Both the position numbers and the translations under genes were made by a program. The notes under the pieces are model-generated. The model ran no database searches, had not been told where the DNA came from, and saw nothing but the letters and a program-made list of their open reading frames with translations. This document shows, piece by piece, positions 40,270 to 52,036 of a DNA stretch of 64,000 nt (the stretch's first letter is position 1; the number at the start of each line of letters is the position of its first letter). Source of the DNA: Gnetum montanum (Eukaryota > Plantae > Gnetophyta); contig MNCI01002773.1 of the NCBI GenBank assembly GCA_015680685.1, positions 85,616-149,615 on the forward strand, written 5' to 3'.

Positions 40270-40909
40270 ATGAGGGGAGGTCACTATAGCTCTACTATCC
40301 ATTAGCATTCGTGTTGGTTAGTGCACCATCCACATAGTCCATGTCGATGATGGTGTAGCAACAAACGTAGTCTTGTACTCCATCATCGATAAGCTAGGCC
40401 TGATAGATGAAATCAAGCCAACCAAAATTGCGTATCTAAAATCCTTCAATGGATCACATGTCACTGTCAAGGGTACAATCAACCTAGCCTTCATGGTAGG
40501 AGAGCAATTCCCGACCAGTGCAGAATTCACTATCACAGAGGAGATGTCAAGTTTCAACATGAATCTAGGTAGGCCTTGGCTAGTACAATTAAGGGTCATC
40601 TCCTCTCCCATCCATCAAGAAATCCACCTTCCATACAAAGGTGGTCAAGTTATCATCCTTGGTGATAACGCTTCCTCTTCAACTATCCACGACATGGACA
40701 TGGCACAAGTTTCAAAAGAAGAGTTTCTTAGTGGTACACCTATGGCAACCAATGCAGTGCCTAAGGCTAACACACTTGAACGAGTGGTTGAAGCCAATAG
40801 CCTCCCAAAGGATCCTAAGCCTTGCATGTTCCCTAATCCACACCTAATTAGGAAGCAACTACATGATCAAGACTTTTCCTTGGCCAAAAACACGTTAAGC
40901 ACCTGCTAA
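40270..40909 (+). pseudogene. Aspartic protease relic of C
   Basis: VHVDDGVATNV...LKSFNGSHVTVKGTINL...SSFNMNLGRPWL...SPIHQ (Tat/Ogre-type PR). Confidence 0.88.
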
Positions 40910-41322
40910 CCCCTTGCCTCCATCGGCCATGCATTTTTGATTTTTTCTTGGGTTGCATTTGTTCATGCATTTACATTTCACCTACTTGCCTAGTTTACAT
41001 ACTACTTTGCTTTGTTTATGCATTTCTACTTTGTCTACACATCCATCCACTTAGCTTATGCATTGCATTTGAAAAACATGAAAAAAAAACAACAAAAACA
41101 CATGGCTTGAAAAGGCCTTAAACTAACCTACGACCCAGAATGACTTAAAACTATCACTTTTTGCATTGATTTTCTTTCATTCATACATTTTAACTCTGTT
41201 TACGATAGGTGTTGCTTGATGTTGTTTTCTTTTTAGTTGATTTTTGCAGGATCTTGCAGGCACACAACATGACCATGCATGTAGTATTGCACCTTACACA
41301 AGTAAGATAAGTAGTTTCCTAT

Positions 41323-41610
41323 GACTATAAACTAGCACAACTCATCCTTGGTTCATGATGTTATATTGGTACAACAACCCATCCTTGGGTCATGACGTTA
41401 AATTGGCACAACAGCCCGTCCTTGGGTTATGATGTTAAACTGGCACAACAGCTTGTCCTTGGGTCATGATGTTAAACTGGCACAACATCCACTATCCTCT
41501 AAGACATTAAACTAGCATCTAGCATCTGCTAGGACTATAAACTAGCACATCACGGTCTACCAAGACCTTAAACCATGTTCATAGTCTATTAGGACTTTAA
41601 ACTGGCATGT
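41323..41610 (+). repeat. 3' UTR array of 9 GAYNNTAAACTRGCA cores in 29-37-bp units
   Basis: gatgttaaactggcacaacagcttgtccttgggtcat and variants. Confidence 0.85.
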
Positions 41611-42778
41611 TGTTGATCTTTTGAAGCATTTTCCATTAATGTGGCCTTGGTGGCACTCACAGCATCATCACCTCCCACCATTCTCCTGATCTTTTGAAGC
41701 ACTTGCCATTAGTGTGGACTTCAGAGGACTCGCAACATCGTCGCCCTAGCACTTTCACTGGCTTCCTAAGCACTTGCAACTAGCACAGCATTTAACGCAT
41801 TTACAACATCTTCACATCTAGCACTTGCAGCATCTTCACATCTAGAATTTGCACTTGCATTTCATGTTTTGTGATTTTCTTGTCTTCTCTGAGTTGTGTT
41901 CATATGATGAAGCCTTGGAGGCAATCGTGCAAAGATGCATCTCATCGTAGCAACAAGTTATCACGTTGCTCTAATGTGCATGATTGGACTACTTAAGCCA
42001 CTCAAGAGTGCACCTCCCCCTCATCCCTGTTACAGCCTATGCACGTCCACTCCTTCATCCCAATATCCTCTCATCTCACACATACTCATGATTTCACATC
42101 CCTCTGGCATATGCATTGTGATGTACATGGCATTCTCTTCACATCAACTGTTGAACTCATGATAGACGTAACACAACTCGTCCCATCGGGAGCCTTTGTG
42201 GGCTGGTCAAAGCCCTAAACAAATGTAACACAACTCATCCCAGGGAGGAAACACTTGTCCTATAGATGCAATGTGGTTACATCAAAGAAAAGCCCCTTTA
42301 CTTAATGGCCCATCCCTTGCAGCTAGTATTCAATAGTAAGTTGAACTCAACAGAGGTTCACCTTGTATCAAAGCAAAAAGAAAAGAATGGGGAAAAGCAC
42401 ATCCACAAGCAAATTGATAATACTGCAACTTCACAATTGGCCCAACCTTAGATTAACTTTGACACTCTCATAAGCACTCCAACAAGAGGTCAACATTTCA
42501 GGGGCAAACCACTTCATGCCATGGTCACTGTTAGCTATGCTGAATTTGCATCTTACATCATGATCCACTATTTTCATTTCATTTCCACCATTTAAATTTC
42601 ATCTCCCTAGCATTTCCTATATCCCTTGTCCCTCAACATAACCTTATTTCCATACCACTCTTGAGCATGGTAAAATGACATCCGATCTTGTACCAACAAG
42701 TGATGTTGGTGGCATGTCTACTGTGGTGTTTTGTAATTCTTTGTCGATGTCTCTCGAGCCACTCCTCCAAACTTCAAC

Positions 42779-42787
42779 AAAGAGGGG
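42779..42787 (+). promoter_or_regulatory. PPT of C
   Basis: aaagagggg, 4 nt before the 3' LTR. Confidence 0.85.
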
Positions 42788-42791
42788 CCAT

Positions 42792-45360
42792 TGAAACACC
42801 ACAAAATTTTGGGTCTTGGCATCTCAACAAAAAATTTGGCTAAGTGTCAAAATGGTGGCAATTTGCCCATATTTTTCCAAGTGTTCAGTGTAGTCAGCTC
42901 CAACTATAGATTCACATGTCAAGCTACATAGTGTAGCACAATGCCACGCTGCATAGTGTAGCACAGCGTAGCACAATGTCACGCTGCATAGTGTAGCACA
43001 GCGTAGCATCCTATCATGTTGTGTAGCATAGCATAGTGTAGCACCCTATCATGTTGCATAGCATAGCACAGGGTAGCACCCTATCACGTTGTGCAACATA
43101 GCATAGCGTAGCACCATGTCATGCTGCATAGCTGATGAGAAGCGATATCGCGGCAGTTGTGATATCGCATCCCATGCGATATCGTGTACATGATATCATG
43201 GTCCGTCACCAAATCTATAAATAAGAGGCAACACTCCCCTCATTTCTCATCCTAGGCTTAAAGTAGGGAAACTCTAGTAGTTTGATCACTCTAGAGATAG
43301 AATATTTTCCATGTGCCCGTAGTAGGAGTCCCCAAGTGAACGGATCTTTATTCGAGCAGTTTGTACCTGAACGCAAGTTGTGTACGGAAATAAAGATGAG
43401 CTTTGTGGATAAACCTTGTAGTGCATGGAATAGGTTTATTACATGTTATTTCCTACCTGTTATTTATTACCTGAATTAGCGCGCCATGAGTACGACTTGA
43501 TTACGTGCATTGACGAATGTGAACGGCTAATCAAGTAATCAGCTGCTCATCACGATTAGTCTCTCTCACCCTCAACTCCTAGAATGCGGGATGAGTATGA
43601 CTTGATTATGAGCATCTACGAATGTGTACAGCTAGTCAAGGAATCAGCTTCTTATCACGTTTAGGCTAGTTAAGTGCCTCAGTATGACCACTTCGAGCAC
43701 GTGCGTTACGTGTGGTGATCCCAGTAACGATTAGCGTTTGGTAGCCATAGTTGCATAGTTCAGGGTGTGTATGGTAGGTGGGAATGGATGCTGATGCTAG
43801 TTAATTTAGACTTAGTCCTTAGTTAGAGTTAGTTAGCTCTCTCAACCCTTCACCTTGATAGCATAGGAGAAAAACCATAAAAGACCATAAAAATCATATA
43901 CCTTAGACTTACTTAACCATACACCATGACAAACACAAGTAAGTCTGGGAAGACAACGAATGATTAACCCCAACTATTCCATGGGGTGTTTAGGCATTTA
44001 GTCTATGGAGTTCAACCAGATCGCGCGTGCTATGCTCATTTCATATGGTTAAGTGTAGGGGTACCTCACCACTCATCAATAGCGTAGCGCAGCATAGCAC
44101 CATGTCACACTGCGTAGTATAGCACAACATAGCACCCTATCACACTGTGTAGCGTAGCGTAGCGTAGCACCCTATCATGCTATGTAGCGTAGCACAACAT
44201 AACACACCTAGCCAGCGTCCCATGTCCTGTGCATAACACGGGACAAGCCTAGTAGCTAGCATCCCATGTCCTACGTGTAACATGGGACAAGCCCAGCAGA
44301 TAGCATCCCATGTCCTGCATGTAACATGGGACAAGTGTAGCAGCCAGCATCCCATGTCCTACGCGTAACATGGGACAAGCCTAGCAGCTAGCATCCTGTG
44401 TCCTATGCATAACATGGAATAGGCCCAATAGCAAACATCTCGTGTCCCGCACGTAACATGGAATAGGCCCAATAGCAAACATCTCGTGTCCCGCACGTAA
44501 CATGGGATGAGCATAGTAGCCAGTGTTCTATGTCCTACACGTAACATGAGATAAGCATGGTCCCACCCACCGCACTACCACATGGCACCTGATTTGCATT
44601 TTGGGCTAACCCTAGCCCTATAAATACCCCTACATGCTCTTTTGAGAGGGAAGGGGGGTTGGCTTCCATTTTTCACCAGTAAGGCAATTGGCACTTTCAT
44701 TTGGCATTTTGGCACTTTGGCATCTTGGCACTTAACATCATGGGCAAACAAGACCCAAAGGACACTACACTAGTAGAGAAGCATAGCTACACCGCATGCT
44801 ACATTGCAGCCCCATTGTAGCCCTTTAGAACATCACACAGTGCACCGTGGCTACCAACCTGGCAGGCACAATTCATCACAGTGAGCACCAGACTTCACAA
44901 CCTGACACCATCGAGGCTAGGAACTACTCTCCCACTGTGCCTGTTGTACACTATGTACCTTTTGAGACCATTTTTGAATTAGCTATGCTCCCTCTTTTGG
45001 GTCGCTGCACTGCTGTTCTCAAATTCTGTTGCATTTCTCAAGCATTCCTCTTTGGCATTTAATGTAACACTTGTATTTTCTCACTTTTTCATACATATTT
45101 GCACGTTTACATCACTGTTCTTAGGCTGGGACACCCCGCTATGCTCTAGCTTAGATAGACCCAATGCCTGCGTATAACATAGTATAAACCCTTTTCACAC
45201 ATGGTTTTTTTAACACCACATAAGTCCCTGTTTGATCGACCAAACCATTGAGGGCATCCCGTTTCATGTTCTCCAACACGGCCCTTGCACGGATTCAGGG
45301 TTAGGCTATACACCTAGTGACCTCTCTGTGTTCCAACCATCGATGTTTTTGGCCATCACA
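42792..45360 (+). repeat. 3' LTR of C (split by K)
   Basis: tgaaacacc...ggccatcaca. Confidence 0.9.
43133..44078 (+). mobile_element. K: Athila solo LTR of the B family (946 bp)
   Basis: TGATGAG...CTCATCA; perfect TSD ATAGC (43128-43132 and 44079-44083); homologous to B's LTRs. Confidence 0.92.
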
Positions 45361-45365
45361 TCAAT

Positions 45366-45490
45366 GACTTACTTTCAATGACCACCCATATAACCACTTA
45401 TATAGAGGATACAATGTCTTTTTTAGATAACACCAAATTATGGAGTTACAATTCATAATTCTCCTTCATCAAATTAGATATTTTCATCAC
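45366..45490 (-). repeat. Probable remainder (U3) of the 5' LTR of copia F
   Basis: Continues across C's TSD; minus-strand TATA cctctatataag at about 45400; candidate end ...catcaca. Confidence 0.45.
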
Positions 45491-45599
45491 ATAGAATTTA
45501 TGCCAATTTTTAAGTGGTTAATCTACATCTGTAATAATTATTATATAATATTTTTTAGGTTTTTTTAAATAATCAATAGAATTCATATTATAAAACAAC

Positions 45600-46055
45600 A
45601 AAAGAATAGGTAAAATTAGAAGTAGTTAAAGTCATTCATAGGACTTAGATGGTTTCTATGAGAAGATGTAAACAAAGGAGGAGGAAAATGTATATACCAA
45701 TAGGCAAAAACTAAATAAAAGAAATGAAAAGATTGTCAAATACACTAAGGTAGATAAAATAATTTTGTGAAAAGATAATGAGAAAAAATCATTTTCAAAA
45801 ATTATTAAATGAAGAATTTACAAAAGAGAACATTTAAAATAATCAGTTTTGAAATTGTTAATAAATTTTATTTCTTCAAGATAAAGGTGTTATCAAACTA
45901 TATATAATTCCTATCAAATGTTGGAAAGGAGTGGAAGATATAGAAGTTATATGGTTAATAAAATTATTTAACAAAATGTTAAAAGAAGGGAAATTTCCTA
46001 AAAGTTGAAAAAATTCCTATTATCCCCATCTCCATAAGCAAATCAAAAATAATGT
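45600..46055 (+). mobile_element. RTE-like LINE fragment (region just N-terminal to and entering RT)
   Basis: IPIKCWKGVEDIEVIWLIKLFNKMLKEGKFPKS*K...IPI.HK-like motif; cut by the LTR at 46063. Confidence 0.7.
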
Positions 46056-46062
46056 AAATTAT

Positions 46063-47101
46063 TGATGAATGGTGGACTAACCCTATCCTCAACCATATGA
46101 ATCATGAGTGTTCATGAAAAATGTAGTTAAATTCTATGAACTTAGGACTAGTGCGATGTCTTAGATAACCAAGTGCTAATATGTTTCTCATTGTCTTTCC
46201 AATTACACTTGTGTAGGCTTATGTTATATGGTTAAGTGTGACTAATACATATGATTGTATTCTTATTCTTAAAATATTAATTTATTTAATCTAAGTATGA
46301 AAATTAAACCTAAACTAACCTAAGCATAAAGCATCTATTCCTAATTTACCATACACATCCTAAACATATACCAACACTACTAGGTTACCAACTATTTCAT
46401 TACCAGGGGTATCAAGTGATTCATTGGTGGATTCCTAAGCATTAATACATTTATGTTTAAATTAAGTCATACTCATGTGTATTCTCTTAAGTGTAGAAGA
46501 ATAAAATATTTAACTACTTACATGAAAAGTAAATGAATAGTTAAAGTAAATGTAAATAAGTAAATTAAAATGTTAATCTAAGTGCTACAATGAATGGAAC
46601 AAAACTCAATTTTATTCCCACCATGCAAATGTATTCAAGTAAATCATGCACTCAAAGAAAACTCTATACAATTCATTTAATCCATGTTATGGAAATTTAG
46701 AGGAAAAATTCTAACTTTCACAAAAACAAACTACAACAATCTAGCTTCTAGAATGATCAAAAAATACCATAAATGTAGTGGATTCATGTGTTTATATAGG
46801 TATTTATGGAGACTACATCAATGTTGATGCATTAATGCATCTTAGGCTATAGCAACACATATACGTTGAAAAGGCTACTGACACAATTGATGAATTTATT
46901 GTACATCATAACTCCTTGATTGACTAAAAACTCATCTTCTGATCAACAAAATTTGGATATATTTATTTACAAAATTGGAAAAATATGGGACTAACGAACT
47001 AAGAATTAAGTTTCACACGACATACAAAACTAGTTGAGTGCTTTTACAATTAGAATCAACAAAATATGATATATTACAAAAATAGCCAATTGATATGTAT
47101 A
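46063..47101 (-). repeat. 3' LTR of G (right boundary approximate)
   Basis: Homologous to 62644-63734; minus-strand TATA at about 46795. Confidence 0.6.
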
Positions 47102-48107
47102 AAATTGGTTCCAAGATAGATGCCTTAATGTATGCCTAGAGGTAATGGCTCCTAAGACTCATTGGGTTACTCCTCCTACATTAACTATTACTATGGCTAT
47201 CATTCTATTGTCGCTACTTCTTCTAGCAATTTTAATGCATTCAGTAGTACCTTCATCTTCTTCTCCTTACTCATGGGGCTATTTATTGTCCAAGTTCCAT
47301 CACCTAGAGTGGTTGGTGTAGGCACATCCTATGTGCAAGATAAAGCAAGAAATATCTCTTTGACATTGATAAACCAAGCACCAAATTGCTTGCATTCAAT
47401 GTTGAGGACACTCATTATGTTTTGCAATGTCTAGTGGTCTATCATGTGGATTTTTGAACTTAGAAGGAGTGGGATGAATAAGTTTCCCAAATTATAATTC
47501 TTTTGACAAAGAGCACACACCAAATTTAGTATGGTTCCCCAACTTGGGTAGTTCACACTCAAAGGGTAGATTGCAAGCACACCTCTAAACGTTGTTACTC
47601 TCAAATATGGTCTGAAGGGTACCACACCTTTTACAAGATCTAATCTTTGCTCCAAAGTGTTATGATGCTACACCAACCACTCAACCCCACAAAGTCCCAA
47701 CAAGCTTAGAATGTGCTTTACAAGCTCACACAACCTTTACAATTTTAAGCTCTACTGTAGAGTGTTGTGGCACTACATCAATACTCAATTCCATAGGACC
47801 TTGACAAGCTCAAGCAAGATGCCTTTCTACAAGAAGAAAATCAACCCCATAGGGCACCCAGGGAGAACAAAAATTACAAGGGATGAATGCAACTTAGTTT
47901 GTTCATCCTTACACTTTGAGGTACATCAAACTTTACAATGGACAAAAGATAATATAACGAGGAAACAAATGATTACAATGATTGACAAATGATTACATAA
48001 TGATTGTACAAGAGCTTGCACATTTTCCAATGAGTATGATAGCTTCTTATAGTCACTGTGTTTCCAAATCCATCTTGGAACTCATGCAATAGCTAGCTAA
48101 CAATCAT

Positions 48108-48345
48108 GGAAGACGTCTTCTTCATGCCTAAGACATCTTTCTACATTTACCTATATTTTGGGAAGACATCTTTGTTTAGGAAAAGACATCTTTTTAAAAT
48201 TGGTCTTCATTCTAGGAAGACATCTTTGTCTAAGAAAGCATATGTTTTTCTAATGAAAGACATATGCTATTTCTTGGAGACATCTTTGCTTGTGCATCCT
48301 TCAATCCTATCAAGATGTCTACTATTTCTTGGAGACATTTTCCTT
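48108..48345. repeat. AAGACATCT(T) repeat cluster in the U3 of H (also 52755-52990)
   Basis: At least 8 imperfect copies of aagacatct/aagatgtct. Confidence 0.8.
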
Positions 48346-50549
48346 CACCTCCCTTTGCATGATGAATTCTTAATTTCTTGTTCATAACCTTGCACATCCA
48401 CATGCTTCAATGATGGTAACTTTGCTTGATAGTTATTTGGTCCTTGTCTACATTCTGTGAATTCTTGCATGTTCGCTTACGACCTTGTGAATGACCTTCT
48501 TCTTTAACCTTTAAACTAGTTTGTTCCTTTTCATCTCATGTACATTTTCCTACAACCACACAACCATATAAATAATCTTTGAATTTATTTTACTTACCAT
48601 TTTTACATACCAAAAGGTCCACAACCTTCCCCTTTTGATGACATTCAAAACTTAAGAAAATGGGTTAGTAGACAAGAAAAAAACTTCAAATATAGCATAA
48701 CCTACTCTCCCCCTTTTGAACAGCAAGAAAAAAAAGGATAAGGCACACAAACTAGTTAAAGAGTCATCATAGAGGTGCAATATCATATAATATACATAAT
48801 TAACAACATGTGATAAGCCGAAGGAGATAAAAACATTTAGTAAAAGAGTGTACATATTTCAACACTAAGTTGCATGAAGAGCTACCCCGAATTTTTCAAG
48901 AGCTAATCCAATACTTTCAAGTGATATTCAAACTTAAATCTTGAAGTGACGTATATGCCCTGAAGATCAAGTAACCTATCTCTAAACCAATAATTCATCA
49001 GTAGTAAGGATCACATGATTCTTTAATTTTTTAATGCTCTCCATCTTTTAAAAAACATCAACAAAAGAATAGGACATATAAACCTTTATGGTAATAAAAA
49101 TGGAGCAATAAAACTTCATAATCTAAAACCAACCATGTCAAATTTCAAATTCTTGAACTAGGAAGTACATCTCAAGGAAAATTATTCAAAGGATGTTTTA
49201 ATCAAAACCATGGATACTTTGCCATAAAACGAATGATCATGTTCTTGCTCATACTGCTATAAGGAATAATATAAACTATTTGCATTCTTCCATAAAACTA
49301 TAGGTACTTCTTACTGTAGCTTATGCATGAATATCAAATAGGTGGGCTGATGATACATTAAGATATGTTGTTTTCAGTTCAAAAACAAGGATCTAAAACT
49401 AATCCAAAAAGGACTAATAACACATAATCTAATGCCAAAGATCAAAGATAGATCATGTAGGAAAAAGCATCTTATCTATTTGAAATAATTATTTTATGGA
49501 AACTTGTATCTCTAAATTTAGCCAGAAATCTTTTACTAAAAAAGTCAACAAAAGGATATGGAAGCCATGACAGAAACATGCATATTTCTCTTTTAAGACA
49601 AGGCAATGCAAAAAACACAACCTTTCATAAAAAAAATGATAATCATGTTGATAGAGAATATGTATATATTCATATACCTCATTTTTTACAAAAGGATATC
49701 ATGAACACAAATCCAAGACTTTAGCATTCTCTTAAAATAAAAATACCTCATGATGTCCTTATCTTAGTCATTTTGGGATATAATGTTTTACTATCTGAGT
49801 GTTTCTTCATTGAATTCTCCAAAGACTCCCCCTACATTGGTGACCTCCAAGATGAAGACGGATAATGAGGAATAGGCTCCCCCTACACATGTGCAACTTT
49901 TCTTGGGCCTTTAAGATCAACTTGTAAACATTTTAAATCATCAAAGCACTACAACTATAGTTCAACATTAAGATCTAATGTGGAGACTAAGGTCTCCAAT
50001 TAGTGATATTAATAAAATTTTCAGAGGCCTATCTTATCTCATAAATAGCAAAAATATCCCAAAGGATATGAGCTTAGAAGCAAATCATCACAAGAAGTTC
50101 AGATTGAACAAGATTGAAAACATGACAAAAACCAAACTAAAAATATTACAAGATAATGATACAAGTGCTACACTACATATTTTCATAAACCAAATGTATC
50201 AAACTTAGGGTGAATATAAAGGATGATCTAAACAATTATTCCAATACTTTTCTAATCTAGACAAGACACAAACAATTTTGGACTTAGATAATATTCTTTT
50301 TATTAACTAGCAAACAAAGAGATGGAAACTTACGTTGACTTACCTTGCTTGCAGGTGAGAAGAGAGGATTAATGAATTTAGAGATAAGGTCCCCTATCAT
50401 GAAGTACCTCCTCATCCTTAGTTTCTTTTCCATTAGATCATTTATAGGATGTCTATGTTTATTCATGTTTTTTATGATAAAACTCTTGACCAGTATATCA
50501 TCATTTTTAATTCTCCATTTATCTTCATTTTCAATTATTGGTACCTACA

Positions 50550-52036
50550 TAGTTTCCTTACCAAAGCCTTTTTAACAAGACCAAGCATTAATCTTATTTT
50601 GATCATCATAGTATAGTTAAGAGTTTCCTTACTACCATAATTTTTACACACAAATAAAGTATTGTCCTCATGATCAAAATTATAAAACCTAACTATTCTT
50701 GAGCTTGAATTTCATGTGTAACTTCCTCTAAATTCTTTGGCTATTTTTCAGGAGCCTCCTCTTCTTAAACCTTACCAAAATCCTTATTAAAAGAGGTTAG
50801 CTATTAAATCTTAGCTTTTATGTCTGGCATCTCTTCTTTTACTTCAATGTGGATAGGATCTAGCTTAGAAATTAAATCTTTCTTTGCCTTCCTAATCAAA
50901 TGATGTAAAATAAAAGTTTCTTCTTTAAATGCATTATACCTTTTGTCACACTCACCACCTTGTTCAACATATGTGAAGAATTTTCATTTGTAAGCATAAT
51001 GCATATGAGATGTGAATCTTTGAAAGAATTTCATGCTTCTTCTTCACTTTGCGCACCATCATCCTAACTTGTATAAAAGTTGATATTTTTGAATTTCTCA
51101 TCATTAGATCTATTCTTTGGTTTTACCTTGCTATCATTAGGATATTTGAAGGCCATATGGCCTCTTCCTTCATAAACCAAACATTCTATAAAAGAGAAAT
51201 CTAAGTTAGAACTAAAAAAAATTTACCTCTTTCTCTACCTTTAAATAGATTGGTCTATTGTTGAGATGCCCCATTATTTCTTCTTGTTAGCAATCATTGT
51301 AGCTTCCATGAGAGAAAGAGAATCTCATCTTTGCTACCCTCATCATGCTCATTAAACTATATCTCCTTGGAGGTAGTCTTTAGAGTAATTGGTCTTTCTT
51401 AGATGGCTCCTTCACTTATGAGATTCATTTCATAAGAAATGACAGCACTTTGAAGCTCTTCAAATTTCAAGGTTAAGAAATTTTTTATTTTCTTCATAGT
51501 TGTGACCTTTGGTCTAAACTTCGATTGTAGAGTTCTAATCATTTTGATGATGACATTGCTTTTAGGAAAATCTTTTTCTATTCCTCTAATAACTACAACA
51601 AGATCATTGTCTTTAGAGAAATAATCTTTTATTTTCTCACCTTCTCTCATTTTGGGTTTATCATATTCACTTTGCAAAACTAACAATTTCAATTGTTTAA
51701 TAATAGAAGTTCCTTCATAAGTAGCTTCTAAATTTTGTCAAATTTCTTTGGCCATTTTACATCCTGCTACCCTATTAAACTCAAACTTATTCAAAGCATA
51801 ATATAAACAATTTTTTTCTTTTCAATCAAACATAAACTTATCTTTCTTCGCTTGTGTCCATTTTTTGCAAGCCTTGATGGTGTCAATGGAGCTATCAATA
51901 GGAAAAGCATAGCTTCAAGGATTAACTCCCACACTTCAAACTTTATGGATTCAAAGAACCCTTGCATTCTATCTTTCTAATAAGCAAATTTGAATCCATC
52001 AAACATGGCTAGCTTTATATAAGATGTTCCCTCCAT
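50550..52036 (-). pseudogene. Extended SIRE gag relic of H
   Basis: MEGTS...MFDGFKFAY*KDRM; AKEI*QNLEATYEGTSIIK..KLLVLQSEYD.KMREGEKI; ...KMIRTLQSKFRPKVT; zinc knuckle at about 51140-51190. Confidence 0.85.

Larger units (their letters stand above)
35217..45360 (+). mobile_element. Element C: non-autonomous Tat/Ogre-type element (gag + protease only)
   Basis: LTRs 35217-36917 and 42792-45360; near-perfect TSD TAAAT/TCAAT; PBS-like motif at 36922-36938; PPT at 42779-42787; no RT, RH or INT. Confidence 0.9.

Noticed and set aside
43132-43139. CTGATGAG hammerhead ribozyme core (retrozyme)
   Set aside because: Created by the TSD/LTR junction; no correctly placed GAAA and stems seen. CTGACGA at about 7891 and 17489 also lacks supporting helices.
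47711-48387. Duplicated ORFs (paralogous to 52355-53032) as a gene pair
   Set aside because: These are the two LTRs of element H.
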